This document shows, in pieces, positions 30,027-41,015 of a stretch of DNA of 64,000 nucleotides (the stretch's first letter is position 1; each line of letters opens with the position of its first letter). Source of the stretch: a phage. The stretch lies in NCBI GenBank assembly GCA_026188615.1, contig GCA_026188615.1_4525.1. The stretch is one strand, 5' to 3'. Below the pieces are notes generated by a model, which was not told the DNA's origin, searched no databases, and was given only the letters and a program-made list of their open reading frames with translations. The translations under genes and the position numbers were made by a program.

Positions 30027-33000
30027 ATGGTTGACATCAAACGTAAGTTCAGGGCCGAAGATGGTCTTGATGCAGGCGGTGATAAGATAGTTAACGTTGC
30101 GCTTGCCGACCGCACAGTTGGCACCGATGGCGTGAACGTTGACTTTTTGGTGCAAGAAAACACCGTACAGAATTATGATGATACGCGCGCGTATACAAAA
30201 GATTTTATTGTTCTTTATAATAATCGTTTTTATCAAGCTTTAAGCGATATTCCAGCTCCGGCAGGCCCTTTCTCTTTGGGTAAATGGAAGGCAACTCGTA
30301 CAGATGCAGATTGGATTACAGTTCAAGGCGGAGATTTCCAATTATCAGTAGGTAACTCTATTGCGGTTGATACTTCAGCTGGCACTGATATTAATTTCAC
30401 TTTGCCTCAAAATCCTTTAGATGGCGATACAGTTATTTTGTCTGATATTGGCGGTAGAGTAGGCTATGTAAAAGTTCAAATTACTGCAGCGGCTCAAAGT
30501 ATTGTAAACTTTAGAGGACAACAGGTTCGTTCAGTTTTAATGACGCACCCAAAATCTAAAATGGTCTTCATTTTTAGCAACCGCCTATGGCAAATGTATA
30601 TTTCTGATTATGAACGTAATGCAGTCACAGTAACTCCTGCTAAGCCGTATCAGGCGCAACCTAACGATTTTATCATTCGTCGTTTTACATCAGCCGCTCC
30701 TATTAATATTACATTGCCTCGCAATGCTAATAATGGCGATATTATTAATTTAGTTGATTTAGACAAATTAAACCCGTTATATCACACAATTGTCAAAACT
30801 TACGATGATACAACTTCTATACGAGAAGCTGGTGTTCATGTAGCAGAAGGACGTAATACTGCGGAAGCGTTCTTTGTTTATGATTCTGCTAATAGCTTAT
30901 GGCGTGTTTGGGAAGGTGACCAGAAATCTCGTTTACGTATAGTTCGTAATGATACTGATTTACGCCCTAATGAAGAAGTTCTTGTTTTTGGAACTGATAA
31001 TAATACAATCTCGACGGTAAATCTTACTTTGCCTACAGATATTTTGTCTGGCGATACTGTTAAAATATCGTTGAATTATATGCGTAAAGGGCAAACTGTA
31101 AAAATTAAAGCTGCTGAAGGCGATACAATTGCTAGCAGTATTTCTTTATTACAGTTCCCAAAACGTTCGGAGTATCCACCTGATGCACAATGGGTTTCTG
31201 TTAGTGAGCTGGAATTTAATGGTGATACTTCGTATGTACCTGTACTTGAGTTAGCTTATATAGAAGATTATTCATCTGAAACAAAATATTGGGTAGTTCA
31301 ACAAAACACCGTAACCGTCGAACGAGTCGATGCATCGAGCAATAACACTCGAGCTCGTTTAGGTGTTATTGCTCTTGCTTCTCAAGCGCAAGCAAATGTT
31401 GATTTAGAAAATGCTCCTGGTAAAGAACTGGCTATTACTCCGGAAACATTAGCAAATCGTACAGCAACTGAAACTCGTCGTGGTATTGCTCGTATTGCAA
31501 CAACTGCACAAGTTAACCAGAATACCGATTTTGCATTCCAGGATGATTTGATTATTTCTCCTAAGAAATTGAATGAACGTACAGCAACTGAAACCCGTAG
31601 AGGTGTTGCTGAAGTTGCAACTCAGACTGAAACTAATGCTGGCACAGATGATACCACTATTATTACTCCTAAGAAATTGGATGCCCGTCAAGGTTCTGAA
31701 GTTTTATCTGGTATTGTAAAATACACATCTACGACTGGTACTACAGCTGCTACTATTCGTGGTAATGCTGGGACTAACGTTTATAACAAAGCCGTAGATA
31801 ATTTAACTATTTCTCCAAAGGCTCTTGACCAGTATAAAGCTACCCCTACTCAACAGGGCTCAGTAATTCTTGCTATTGAAAGCGAAGTTATCGCTGGCGA
31901 ATCACAAGCTGGTTGGGCTAATGCTGTAGTGACCCCTGAAACTCTGCATAAGAAAACTTCTACTGATGGACGTATTGGTTTAATTGAAATTGCTACGCAA
32001 GCAGAAACTAACACTGGAACTGATTATACTAGAGCAGTAACGCCTAAGACGTTAAATGATAGGAAAGCTACGGAAGGATTATCTGGCATAGCCGAACTTG
32101 CTACGCAAGTTGAATTTGATACTGGAACTGATGATACTCGTATCTCGACTCCACTGAAAATTAAAACTCATTTTGATTCTTCTGACCGTACCAGTGTTAA
32201 TTCTGATTCCGGACTTATTGAAGAAGGAACCTTGTGGAACCATTATACTCTTGATATTTCTAAAGCAAATGAAACACAACGCGGTACACTTCGCGTAGCG
32301 ACCCAGGCAGAATCTAATGCAGGAACTTTAGATGATGTTCTTATTACTCCTAAAAAGCTTTTAGGGACTAAGTCCACTGAAACATCTGAAGGTGTAATTA
32401 AGGTTGCTACTCAGGCTGAAACTGTAACAGGAACTTCTGCTAATACTGCTGTATCACCTAAGAATTTAAAATGGATTGTTCAATCAGAACCATCATGGAC
32501 TGCTACTACGGCAATTCGTGGATTCGTTAAAACTTCATCTGGTTCTATTACATTTGTCGGTGACGATACTCAAGGTAATACCCAGGATTTGAATCTTTAT
32601 GAGAAAAATAGTTATGCTATTTCTCCATATGAATTAAACCGTGTACTTGCTAACTACTTACCGTTGAAAGCTAAAGCAGCTGATAGTAATTTGTTAGATG
32701 GTCTAGATTCTCTTCAGTTCATCCGTAGAGACATCGACCAGACGGTTAATGGTTCTTTAAGTCTTACTAAACAGACCAACCTGAGTGCTCCTTTAGTATC
32801 TACAAGCACTGCTTCTTTTGGTTCCGAAGCATCTGTTACTCGTAGATTAACTCTTAATGACTCTAGCGGTTCCGAAATAATTTTCACTAAAGGAACCCAA
32901 TCTCTTAGTAATAAAGAGAATTTCGTTGTTAGAGCATGGGGTAATAGCGCTACAGATGGTGCCCGTGATACAGTATTTGAAGCGGGTGACGAAACCGGAT

Positions 33001-33860
33001 ACCATTTCTATTCTCAGCGCGCTGCTGATAATAAAGTATCATTTAATATTAATGGAACACTTTATTCAACAGGTATTGTTTCTACAAATGGATTAAATGT
33101 TACGGGTGTTTCTACCTTTACCGGGCCTATTAGTGCTACAGGCGAAATTGTTTCTAGTTCTCCTATTGCATTCAGAGCTATTAACGGTAACTATGGTGTT
33201 ATGCTTTATAATGCTGGTAACAGTTCTTATATTGCATTAACTAACTCAGGTGACCAGACCGGGACGTTTAATAACTTACGCCCGATCACGATTAACAACG
33301 CCACAGGCTTAGTTCGTCTTGACAATGGTGTTCAAATCACAAGTGGTGCAACAATAACTACCGGCGGGTTAACTGTAAATAACAGAATTATTTCTAACGG
33401 CGTTAAAACTGCCACGGTTTATACCGATAAACCAACAGCTTCTACTGTAGGTTTTTGGTCTATTGACATTAACGATTCTGCTGTATATAGCCAATTCCCT
33501 GGATACTGGACGCGTGATAACAAAGGTAACCGTGACCAAGAAATTAAATATCCTGGTACTTTGACTCAATTCGGCAATAGCTTAGATTCGCTTTATCAGG
33601 ATTGGATTTGTTATCCTACGGGTGCAAATGGTGGTAGTATTCGTTATACTCGTACCTGGCAGAAAAATAAAGATGCTTGGACTTCATTTGCAATGGTATT
33701 TGATAGTGGCAACCCACCTTCACCTAGCGATGTCGGTGCTATCCCATCTGATAATGCTGTTATTGGAAACCTTACTGTTCGAGACTTCTTACAATTAGGA
33801 AATGTGAGAATTGTTCCAGACCCGGTTAACAAAACAGTTAAATTTATATGGGTTGAATAA
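30027..33860 (+). CDS. 34: long tail fibre proximal subunit gp34
   Basis: 1277 aa; colinear with recalled T4 gp34 over most of its length (e.g. RTATETRRGIARIATTAQVNQNT, PGTLTQFGN.LDSLYQDWI.YPT). Confidence 0.95.
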   Translation: MVDIKRKFRAEDGLDAGGDKIVNVALADRTVGTDGVNVDFLVQENTVQNYDDTRAYTKDFIVLYNNRFYQALSDIPAPAGPFSLGKWKATRTDADWITVQGGDFQLSVGNSIAVDTSAGTDINFTLPQNPLDGDTVILSDIGGRVGYVKVQITAAAQSIVNFRGQQVRSVLMTHPKSKMVFIFSNRLWQMYISDYERNAVTVTPAKPYQAQPNDFIIRRFTSAAPINITLPRNANNGDIINLVDLDKLNPLYHTIVKTYDDTTSIREAGVHVAEGRNTAEAFFVYDSANSLWRVWEGDQKSRLRIVRNDTDLRPNEEVLVFGTDNNTISTVNLTLPTDILSGDTVKISLNYMRKGQTVKIKAAEGDTIASSISLLQFPKRSEYPPDAQWVSVSELEFNGDTSYVPVLELAYIEDYSSETKYWVVQQNTVTVERVDASSNNTRARLGVIALASQAQANVDLENAPGKELAITPETLANRTATETRRGIARIATTAQVNQNTDFAFQDDLIISPKKLNERTATETRRGVAEVATQTETNAGTDDTTIITPKKLDARQGSEVLSGIVKYTSTTGTTAATIRGNAGTNVYNKAVDNLTISPKALDQYKATPTQQGSVILAIESEVIAGESQAGWANAVVTPETLHKKTSTDGRIGLIEIATQAETNTGTDYTRAVTPKTLNDRKATEGLSGIAELATQVEFDTGTDDTRISTPLKIKTHFDSSDRTSVNSDSGLIEEGTLWNHYTLDISKANETQRGTLRVATQAESNAGTLDDVLITPKKLLGTKSTETSEGVIKVATQAETVTGTSANTAVSPKNLKWIVQSEPSWTATTAIRGFVKTSSGSITFVGDDTQGNTQDLNLYEKNSYAISPYELNRVLANYLPLKAKAADSNLLDGLDSLQFIRRDIDQTVNGSLSLTKQTNLSAPLVSTSTASFGSEASVTRRLTLNDSSGSEIIFTKGTQSLSNKENFVVRAWGNSATDGARDTVFEAGDETGYHFYSQRAADNKVSFNINGTLYSTGIVSTNGLNVTGVSTFTGPISATGEIVSSSPIAFRAINGNYGVMLYNAGNSSYIALTNSGDQTGTFNNLRPITINNATGLVRLDNGVQITSGATITTGGLTVNNRIISNGVKTATVYTDKPTASTVGFWSIDINDSAVYSQFPGYWTRDNKGNRDQEIKYPGTLTQFGNSLDSLYQDWICYPTGANGGSIRYTRTWQKNKDAWTSFAMVFDSGNPPSPSDVGAIPSDNAVIGNLTVRDFLQLGNVRIVPDPVNKTVKFIWVE

Positions 33861-33868
33861 GAGGTTAT

Positions 33869-34993
33869 ATGGAAAAATTTATGGCAAGGTTTGGACAGGG
33901 ATACGTCCAAACGCCGTTTTTATCGGAAAGCAATTCAGTTAGATTTAAGCTAAGTATAGCGGGTTCATGCCCGCTTTCAACAACTAATCCGTATATTTTG
34001 TTCCAAAACGAGCCTTTAGGGTTGCAGTCTTTTGGTATTGGACTAAATGTTAGGGTGATAAATCCGGAAAATGGAACTATAGTTGATAGTAAATTATACA
34101 ATTTTGCGCCTACAAATAATGCAACTTCAGCTGCATTTATTTCGTTTGTTAATACATACGCAGATAATTTCATTTTCGCATTTATTTCTAATAACAAATT
34201 TAATTTGCCACCGGAAATAATTGAATGGTTTAAAGCTGCTGGGAGTTCAGTTATACCGTCAATTGAAGTTGCTAGTCTTGTTGATATTTCATATTCAGCG
34301 TTTTATGTTTCAGGTAAAAATACTATTGCATTAGAACACATAAAATACAGTAATAAGAAAACAATTTCTGATTACGCAACTCCATTAGATATTGTATATG
34401 ACTCTATTGCTGATATAGGTGCTACCGGCTATCCTAGACGTACATATGAAGCTCTAGAAACGTTTTTATCTCCTGTTGGAGGAACTAACAATGAAATAAA
34501 AAGGATGCCTACGTCATCCCTTGTTACTCCTATCGCAAACTATGGATTAAAGCCTACAGATTTTCTTTATTTGAAATTTCAATTAATGGCTGATGAAGAA
34601 TTATTAGAGGAAGGAACCACAAGACTTTCAATTCGTTTCTTTAAGTCTCCATCTAGCTCTCCTATATCATCTAAAGATATAAACTTTGATGGAACTGCCC
34701 GGGAGTGGAAGCTATATGAAGAATACGTTGAAATACCGGCTGAAGCTGATGGCTTTACAGTATATTGTTACCGTACAGCCTCAGTCGGTCAAGGTGGACT
34801 AAGAAATGTTATTTTCACTGAAGTATCATGTAACGGAAGTATAGCAAAACCCGCCGAGTTTGGTATAAACGGTATTCGTGTTAATTACATTGATGAATCA
34901 TTAACCGGTAATGATATAATGGACTTGCCTACTCAGTTATCTAACGACACAGGTAAGGTATTTGGGCAGGAATTTAAAGAGTACACAGAATAA
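33869..34993 (+). CDS. 35: long tail fibre hinge connector gp35
   Basis: 374 aa (T4 gp35 372); position between 34 and 36. Confidence 0.85.
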   Translation: MEKFMARFGQGYVQTPFLSESNSVRFKLSIAGSCPLSTTNPYILFQNEPLGLQSFGIGLNVRVINPENGTIVDSKLYNFAPTNNATSAAFISFVNTYADNFIFAFISNNKFNLPPEIIEWFKAAGSSVIPSIEVASLVDISYSAFYVSGKNTIALEHIKYSNKKTISDYATPLDIVYDSIADIGATGYPRRTYEALETFLSPVGGTNNEIKRMPTSSLVTPIANYGLKPTDFLYLKFQLMADEELLEEGTTRLSIRFFKSPSSSPISSKDINFDGTAREWKLYEEYVEIPAEADGFTVYCYRTASVGQGGLRNVIFTEVSCNGSIAKPAEFGINGIRVNYIDESLTGNDIMDLPTQLSNDTGKVFGQEFKEYTE

Positions 34994-34994
34994 A

Positions 34995-35010
34995 GGAGAC
35001 TTCGGTCTCC
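34995..35010 (+). terminator. intrinsic terminator hairpin GGAGAC-UUCG-GUCUCC plus UUUU after gene 35
   Basis: Perfect 6-bp stem, TTCG loop, TTTT tail on plus strand. Confidence 0.6.
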
Positions 35011-35018
35011 TTTTCGCG

Positions 35019-35026
35019 TATAAATA
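35019..35026 (+). promoter_or_regulatory. T4 late promoter TATAAATA upstream of gene 36
   Basis: Exact TATAAATA ~27 nt upstream of gene 36 ATG. Confidence 0.6.
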
Positions 35027-35052
35027 CTTTAATATTAATAAGGAGACACGAA

Positions 35053-35709
35053 ATGGCCGATTTAAAAGCCGGAAGTACAGTTGGTGGTTCCGTCATATGG
35101 CATCAAGGCAATTTTCCTTTAATGCCAGCTGGCGATGACATCCTATATAAAACATTTAAATTATACACCGAATATAACAAGCCAAAAGCGGCTGATAACG
35201 ATTTCGTATCTAAAGCAAATGGTGGGACATATCTCAAAAAGGTAATCTTTAACGAAGGTGTTGCAGTCAAAACAGCAGATGACCAAACGAATGGCATTTT
35301 TTCTGGTGGTGGTGACGCCGCGACATTCGACCAAACAAACATGGATATTGTTTCGTGGTATGGTATTGGGTTTAAATCATCTCAAGGTACAGGTGAAAGA
35401 ACTGTTGTAATTGATACTCGCACCGGTAATATAAGTTCTAAAGGCGTTATTGAAGCATCTCAATTCAGAGCCACAACGTTAGCACCTTTAAATAATTACG
35501 ACCTTACTCGCAAAGATTATGTTGATAGTCAAATAAATACAGTTAATGCTAATGCAAACAGTCGTGTACTCCGTTCAGGAGATACGATGACCGGCGCGCT
35601 AACCGCCCCAAACTTTTTCTCACAGAATCCTGCATCTCAACCCTCGCATGTTCCACGATTTGACCAAATTGTTATTAAGGATTCTGTTCAAGATTTCGGC
35701 TATTATTAA
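35053..35709 (+). CDS. 36: long tail fibre distal connector gp36
   Basis: 218 aa (T4 gp36 221); position between 35 and 37. Confidence 0.85.
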   Translation: MADLKAGSTVGGSVIWHQGNFPLMPAGDDILYKTFKLYTEYNKPKAADNDFVSKANGGTYLKKVIFNEGVAVKTADDQTNGIFSGGGDAATFDQTNMDIVSWYGIGFKSSQGTGERTVVIDTRTGNISSKGVIEASQFRATTLAPLNNYDLTRKDYVDSQINTVNANANSRVLRSGDTMTGALTAPNFFSQNPASQPSHVPRFDQIVIKDSVQDFGYY

Positions 35710-35717
35710 GAGGACTT

Positions 35718-38700
35718 ATGGCTACTTTAAAACAAATACAATTTAAAAGAAGCAAAACTGCAGGAGCACGTCCTGCCGCTTCAGTATTAGCCGAAGGTGA
35801 ATTGGCTATAAACTTAAAAGACCGTGTACTTTTTACTAAAGATGACCAAGGAAATATTATTGATCTGGGTTTTGCTAAAGGTGGTAGTATTGACGGGAAT
35901 GTTATTCATACTGGCAATTATAACCAAACTGGCGATTATACTTTAAATGGCACCTTCACTCAGACAGGTGATTTTAATTTAACCGGTATTGCTCGAGTAA
36001 CTCGTGATATTATTGCCGCTGGGCAGATTACGACTGAAGGCGGAGAACTTATTACAAAAAGTTCAGGTACAGCACATGTTCGTTTTCATGATTCGGCTGA
36101 TCGTGAACGTGGCATTATTTATTCACCGGCTAATGATGGATTAACTACGCAAGTAGTTAATATCCGCGTTAAAGACTACGCCGCTGGTGATGAAAGCACC
36201 TATGCATTTTCGGGCAGTGGACTATTTACTTCACCTGAAGTATCAGCATGGAAATCTATGTCAACTCCTCAGATTTTGACAAATAGAGTTATTACTAATA
36301 ATAAATCTACGAGTGATTATGACATTTATTCTATGGCAGACAACGTTCCATTGTCTGAAAGCACTACTGCTATTAATCATCTCCGTGTTATGCGCAATGC
36401 TGTAGGCGCTGGTGTATTCCATGAAGTTAAAGATAATGATGGAATAACTTGGTATACTGGAGATGGCTTAGACACTTATCTTTGGTCGTTTACCTGGTCC
36501 GGTGGATTGAAAGCTGGTCATTCTATTTCTGTTGGTACTCCTGGTGGCAATAAAGGATACTCTGAATTAGGGACTGCTTCAATTTCTCTTGGCGATAATT
36601 ATACCGGGCTAAAATGGCATCAGGATGGATATTTTTTTACGGTAAACAACGGTACAAAAACTTTCCTTTCTGGTCCGGCGGAAACCACTAGCCTTAGAAA
36701 AATGGTTATGGGTTATTCTGTAAATGGTACTGATTTGACTACTCCTCCAACTGAAAACTATGCTCTTGCTACTGTTGTGACATATCACGATAATAACGCG
36801 TTTGGAGATGGTCAGACTCTTTTGGGATATTATCAAGGCGGTAATTATCATCACTATTTCCGTGGTAAGGGTACCACAAACATTAATACTCATGGTGGTT
36901 TGTTGGTTACTCCAGGTAATATTGATGTTATTGGCGGTTCTGTTAATATAGATGGTAGAAATAATTCTTCTACACTAATGTTTAGAGGCAACACAACAGG
37001 ATACAGCTCGGTTGATAATATGGATATTAAAGTTTGGGGTAATACGTTTGTTGATCCAAGCGGAGGTATCCGTAAAAACATTATGGAAATTTCTGATGCA
37101 ACTAGCTGGATGAGCTATATTCAAAGACTTACTACTGGCGAAGTAGAAATGAACGTTAATGGTTCATTTGAATCATCTGGTGTTACTGCTGGAGATAGAG
37201 GAGTTCACACAACAGGTGAAATTTCATCCGGAGCAGTGAATGCTCTTCGTATTTGGAACGCAGATTATGGAGCCATTTTTAGACGTTCAGAAGGAAGTCT
37301 TCATATTATTCCAACTGCTTATGGCGAAGGCAAAGATGGCGATATCGGTCCACTTCGCCCGTTTAGTATGGCTTTAGATACCGGTAAAGTTACTATTCCA
37401 GATTTACAATCGAGCTACAATACGTTCGCTGCTAACGGTTATATTAAATTTGTTGGTCATGGCGCTGCCGCAGGTGGATATGATATTCAATATGCCCAAG
37501 CGGCTCCTATTTTCCAGGAAATTGATGATGATGCTGTAAGCAAATATTATCCTATTGTTAAACAGAAGTTTTTAAATGGTAAAGCCGTTTGGTCTTTAGG
37601 TACTGAAATTAATTCGGGTACATTTGTTTTACACCATATCAAAGAAGATGGATCACAAGGACATACATCTCGTTTTAATCAAGACGGCACAGTTAATTTC
37701 CCTGATAATGTTCAGGTTGGTGGTGGTGAAGCTACTATTGCTCGCAACGGTAACATCTGGTCTGATATCTGGAAAACGTTTACTTCAGCAGGAGACACCA
37801 CAAATATTCGCGATGCAATAGCTACCCGTGTTTCTAAAGAAGGCGACACGATGACCGGCCGCTTAACCCTTAAAACCAACTCAGATGCTGTTGTTATCGA
37901 TTATCCGGCAGATGAAGCGGGTTATGTTAAGGGTAAAAAAGGTGGTGTTGATAACTGGTATGTAGGTAATGGTGGTGCTGATAACGGTTTAGCTTTCTGG
38001 AGCTTCCAATCCCAAGGTGGTATTAATATCAACCCGAACGGTGAAGTTATTCTGGCGCCGCAAGGTGTTGCAATAGTCAATATAAACCGCGACCGTATTC
38101 ATATGAATGGTTCCAACTGGATTGCACATAAATCTGGCGCATGGGGCGACCAATGGGGCTTAGAAGCACCTTATTTCCTTGATTTTGGTAGCGTTGGCGA
38201 AGACAGTTATTATCCTATCATTAAAGGCAGATCTGTAATTAGTGGTCAAGGATATACTACTTCTGTTGACCTTGGTATTAGACGTACACCTCAAGCATGG
38301 GGACAAGCGATAATTCGAGTTGGTAATGCCGGAGGCGCTGACGGTCCTGTGGGTATTTTTGAATTCCATTCGTCTGGACTATTCTATAGCCCTAATATGG
38401 TTCAAACTCCGGCAATTGGTGTTGGTACTGCTAATGGACTTGGTGCTCCAAGTATTGCAATCGGTGATAATGACACGGGCTTATCACATGGTGGTGATGG
38501 TCGAATTAACATGGTTGCCAATGGTATACATATTGCAAACTGGGGAGCAGGCTATCAATCTCATCCTGGGCTTTGGGATTCAACTGGTGCTTTTTGGACA
38601 GAAACCGGAAGAGCTATCGTTTCTCATGGCCATTTAGTTCAGGCGAATGACAGCTATTCAACGTTTGTCCGTGATGTTTATGTCCGCTCTGATATTCGTG

Positions 38701-39023
38701 TTAAAAAGAACCTCGTTAAATTTGAAAATGCTTCTCAGAAGCTTTCTAAAATTAACGGTTACACTTATATGCAGAAACGTGGAACAGATGAAGAAGGTAA
38801 TCAGAAATGGGAACCTAACGCTGGTTTGATAGCTCAAGAAGTTCAAGCTATTTTACCAGAATTAGTTGAAGGCGACCCGGATGGTGAATCTTTACTTCGT
38901 TTAAACTATAACGGTGTAATTGGTTTAAATACAGCTGCAATCAATGAGCATACCGCAGAAATTGCAGAACTTAAGTCAGAGATTGAAGAGCTTAAAAAAT
39001 TAGTTAAATCATTGTTAAAATAA
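35718..39023 (+). CDS. 37: long tail fibre distal subunit gp37, T2-type with C-terminal intramolecular chaperone (peptidase S74-like) domain
   Basis: 1101 aa; C-terminal ~110 aa show S74 hallmarks SDIRVKKN...GYTYMQK...[13 protein letters not shown]...LNYNGVIGL; followed by gp38 adhesin. Confidence 0.9.
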   Translation: MATLKQIQFKRSKTAGARPAASVLAEGELAINLKDRVLFTKDDQGNIIDLGFAKGGSIDGNVIHTGNYNQTGDYTLNGTFTQTGDFNLTGIARVTRDIIAAGQITTEGGELITKSSGTAHVRFHDSADRERGIIYSPANDGLTTQVVNIRVKDYAAGDESTYAFSGSGLFTSPEVSAWKSMSTPQILTNRVITNNKSTSDYDIYSMADNVPLSESTTAINHLRVMRNAVGAGVFHEVKDNDGITWYTGDGLDTYLWSFTWSGGLKAGHSISVGTPGGNKGYSELGTASISLGDNYTGLKWHQDGYFFTVNNGTKTFLSGPAETTSLRKMVMGYSVNGTDLTTPPTENYALATVVTYHDNNAFGDGQTLLGYYQGGNYHHYFRGKGTTNINTHGGLLVTPGNIDVIGGSVNIDGRNNSSTLMFRGNTTGYSSVDNMDIKVWGNTFVDPSGGIRKNIMEISDATSWMSYIQRLTTGEVEMNVNGSFESSGVTAGDRGVHTTGEISSGAVNALRIWNADYGAIFRRSEGSLHIIPTAYGEGKDGDIGPLRPFSMALDTGKVTIPDLQSSYNTFAANGYIKFVGHGAAAGGYDIQYAQAAPIFQEIDDDAVSKYYPIVKQKFLNGKAVWSLGTEINSGTFVLHHIKEDGSQGHTSRFNQDGTVNFPDNVQVGGGEATIARNGNIWSDIWKTFTSAGDTTNIRDAIATRVSKEGDTMTGRLTLKTNSDAVVIDYPADEAGYVKGKKGGVDNWYVGNGGADNGLAFWSFQSQGGININPNGEVILAPQGVAIVNINRDRIHMNGSNWIAHKSGAWGDQWGLEAPYFLDFGSVGEDSYYPIIKGRSVISGQGYTTSVDLGIRRTPQAWGQAIIRVGNAGGADGPVGIFEFHSSGLFYSPNMVQTPAIGVGTANGLGAPSIAIGDNDTGLSHGGDGRINMVANGIHIANWGAGYQSHPGLWDSTGAFWTETGRAIVSHGHLVQANDSYSTFVRDVYVRSDIRVKKNLVKFENASQKLSKINGYTYMQKRGTDEEGNQKWEPNAGLIAQEVQAILPELVEGDPDGESLLRLNYNGVIGLNTAAINEHTAEIAELKSEIEELKKLVKSLLK

Positions 39024-39026
39024 TAA

Positions 39027-39044
39027 GAGGGGCTTCGGCCTCTT
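39027..39044 (+). other. RNA hairpin with UUCG loop between genes 37 and 38 (no U-run; likely not a full terminator)
   Basis: GAGGGGC-TTCG-GCCTCTT stem-loop immediately before gene 38 RBS. Confidence 0.35.
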
Positions 39045-39054
39045 GGAGGTTTAT

Positions 39055-39828
39055 ATGGCAGTTGAAGGACCGTGGGTAGGATGGTCTGCAAGGGTACAGA
39101 CTGGAGATCCTTGGATGGGTGGTGCCGCACAGAGATTGAGAATGGGAATTCCGTTTTGGATGAGTAATATGATAGGACGATCTGTTGAAGTAATTCACAC
39201 ACTTGGAGCAGACCATAACTTCAATGGTCAATGGTTCCGAGATAGATGTTTTGAAGCCGGCGGTGCTCCTATAGTGTTTAATATCACAGGCAACTTAGTA
39301 TCATATAGTAAAGATGTTCCATTATTCTTTATGTATGGCGATACGCCAAACGAATATGTTACTTTGAATATTCATGGTGGAGTTCATATGTGGGGACGAG
39401 GTGGTAACGGTACTGTAAACGGAAACCCAGGCACAAATGGCGGCGATGTAATCCAAAATGATATCGGCGGAAGACTTCGTATTTGGAACTATGGCGTTAT
39501 TGCATCAGGCGGTGGTGGTGGTGGTGCAGTGTCATTACAGAATAGCTGGGCGCCAAATGCTACAGCAGGTGGCGGTGGTGGTAGACCATTTGGCCTCGGC
39601 GGCGGTGGCGTTAATTGGCCGGGTGGTAATGCTAGTTATGACGCCCCGGGCGGTGCCGGTTACACTTCCCAATTCGGCGGAGGCAATGGTGGTGATGCTG
39701 GAGGTCGGGGCGGAGATGGATGGGGTAATCACTTATCTAGATCTGGCGGTGGTGCTCCTGGCAGAGCAGTATTCGGAAGTTCACCGTCATGGGGTGCTAC
39801 AGGCACAATCTACGGCTCCTGGATTTAA
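39055..39828 (+). CDS. 38: gp38 receptor-binding adhesin, T2-type with glycine-rich motifs
   Basis: ~257 aa from Met with GGAGG RBS; conserved N-terminal blocks [54 protein letters not shown]; multiple poly-Gly runs. Confidence 0.85.
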   Translation: MAVEGPWVGWSARVQTGDPWMGGAAQRLRMGIPFWMSNMIGRSVEVIHTLGADHNFNGQWFRDRCFEAGGAPIVFNITGNLVSYSKDVPLFFMYGDTPNEYVTLNIHGGVHMWGRGGNGTVNGNPGTNGGDVIQNDIGGRLRIWNYGVIASGGGGGGAVSLQNSWAPNATAGGGGGRPFGLGGGGVNWPGGNASYDAPGGAGYTSQFGGGNGGDAGGRGGDGWGNHLSRSGGGAPGRAVFGSSPSWGATGTIYGSWI

Positions 39829-39846
39829 ACGATAATACCTCTCAAT

Positions 39847-39854
39847 TATAAATA
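39847..39854 (+). promoter_or_regulatory. T4 late promoter TATAAATA upstream of holin gene t
   Basis: Exact TATAAATA ~20 nt upstream of t ATG. Confidence 0.6.
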
Positions 39855-39873
39855 TTGATAAATGGGAGGTAAT

Positions 39874-40533
39874 ATGGCAGCACCAAAAGTATCATTTTCG
39901 CCTAGTGATATTTTATTTGGGTTGCTAGACCGCATTTTCAAAGATAACGCCTCTGGAAATATTCTTATTTCCAGAGTTGCTGTTGTAGTTCTTTTGTTCC
40001 TAATGGCACTAATATGGTACAAAGGGAATATTTTTATGGATTATTACGTGAGGTCGAAATATGATACTTACACAGAAGTAATTCAAAAAGAAAGAAATAC
40101 ACGATTTGAATCTGCGGCTTTAGAACAACTACAAATAGTCCACGTCACATCAAGGGCGGATTTTAGTTCGGTGTATTCTTTCAGACCTAAAAATCTAAAT
40201 TATTTCGTCGACCTTATTGCGTATGAAGGTAAGTTACCTAGCACAGTAACTGAAAAATCTATGGGAGGATTTCCTGTCGATAAAACGACAGCAGAATATT
40301 CGGTCCATTTAAGTGGACTTCACTTTACTTCTAAAACAGATTTTGCTTTCTTACCTACCAAATCAAAAACTCCGGAACTGGCATATATGTATAGTTGTCC
40401 TTACTTCAATTTGGATAACATATATGCTGGAACTGTTTCTATGTATTGGTATAAGGGGTCAGATGTGTTAAATGAAGAACGCTTGGCCGCAATATGCAAC
40501 CAAGCTGCAAGGATATTAGGGCGGGCTAAATAA
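39874..40533 (+). CDS. t: holin T (class III holin, RI target)
   Basis: ~219 aa from MAAPK start; near-colinear with recalled T4 T (SFSPSDILFG.LDR.FKDNA, YSFRPKNLNYFVD.IAYEGKLPST, YMYSCPYFNLDNIYAGT, AARILGRAK). Confidence 0.95.
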   Translation: MAAPKVSFSPSDILFGLLDRIFKDNASGNILISRVAVVVLLFLMALIWYKGNIFMDYYVRSKYDTYTEVIQKERNTRFESAALEQLQIVHVTSRADFSSVYSFRPKNLNYFVDLIAYEGKLPSTVTEKSMGGFPVDKTTAEYSVHLSGLHFTSKTDFAFLPTKSKTPELAYMYSCPYFNLDNIYAGTVSMYWYKGSDVLNEERLAAICNQAARILGRAK

Positions 40534-40806
40534 TTAGTTGTTAGAATACATCGTCAAATGGCGATAAATATTTTCAAAACCTTCATTGAATTCACTAATC
40601 AGTGTTTTCTTTTCTTCGGCAGTTAAATTTGTAATTAGTTTTCTGAACGAATTCTGATTTAGCTGCCGACCATCTTTTTTAATTCCAATCTCATTCAAGA
40701 ATCCGATGAAATTTGCTCGGTCTTCAACAATATCTTCCCTCGAGAATTTAATCAAAATAGAAGCAACCGTAATAATTTCACGTACAATTTCAATATCTTT
40801 ATTCAT
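40534..40806 (-). CDS. asiA: anti-sigma70 factor AsiA
   Basis: 90 aa; near-colinear with recalled T4 AsiA (MNK.I..VREIITVASILIKFSREDIVE.RANFI.FLNEIG). Confidence 0.95.
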   Translation of the reverse strand: MNKDIEIVREIITVASILIKFSREDIVEDRANFIGFLNEIGIKKDGRQLNQNSFRKLITNLTAEEKKTLISEFNEGFENIYRHLTMYSNN

Positions 40807-40852
40807 AACGTTTTATTCATTCCATTTGGTTGATATGAGTATAGTACCATTA

Positions 40853-41014
40853 TCAGTGTTGATTGTAAACAGCTTTTTCTACACTTTTAACGTAATCAGT
40901 GTAGTCTTCCTGTTCATACGAGTGTAAGGCCAAGAATGCGGCTAATAGTTCATTATAGACTAAAGCCTCACGCTCACGTTCTGCCTCTACTACGTTCTGA
41001 AGATTATGGCTCAT
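40853..41014 (-). CDS. hypothetical small protein
   Basis: ORF track 40853..41068 trimmed to internal Met overlapping upstream stop. Confidence 0.35.
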   Translation of the reverse strand: MSHNLQNVVEAEREREALVYNELLAAFLALHSYEQEDYTDYVKSVEKAVYNQH

Positions 41015-41015
41015 A

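Noticed and set aside
31449-31691. Minus-strand Cys/Ser-rich ORFs inside gp34 and gp37 (e.g. 31449..31691, 36609..36893, 38160..38369)
   Set aside because: Antisense to confidently identified tail-fibre genes; composition reflects reverse complement of repeat-rich coding sequence.
39500-39740. GGY-rich simple-sequence tracts as possible slipped-strand or phase-variable repeats
   Set aside because: They encode the glycine-rich motifs of gp38; codon usage varies (ggc/ggt/gga) rather than being a perfect homopolymeric repeat, so no contingency locus is supported.
39458-39835. 125-aa alternative-frame ORF overlapping gp38
   Set aside because: Produced by the GC-rich poly-Gly coding region of gp38 read in another frame; gp38 frame has clear homology.
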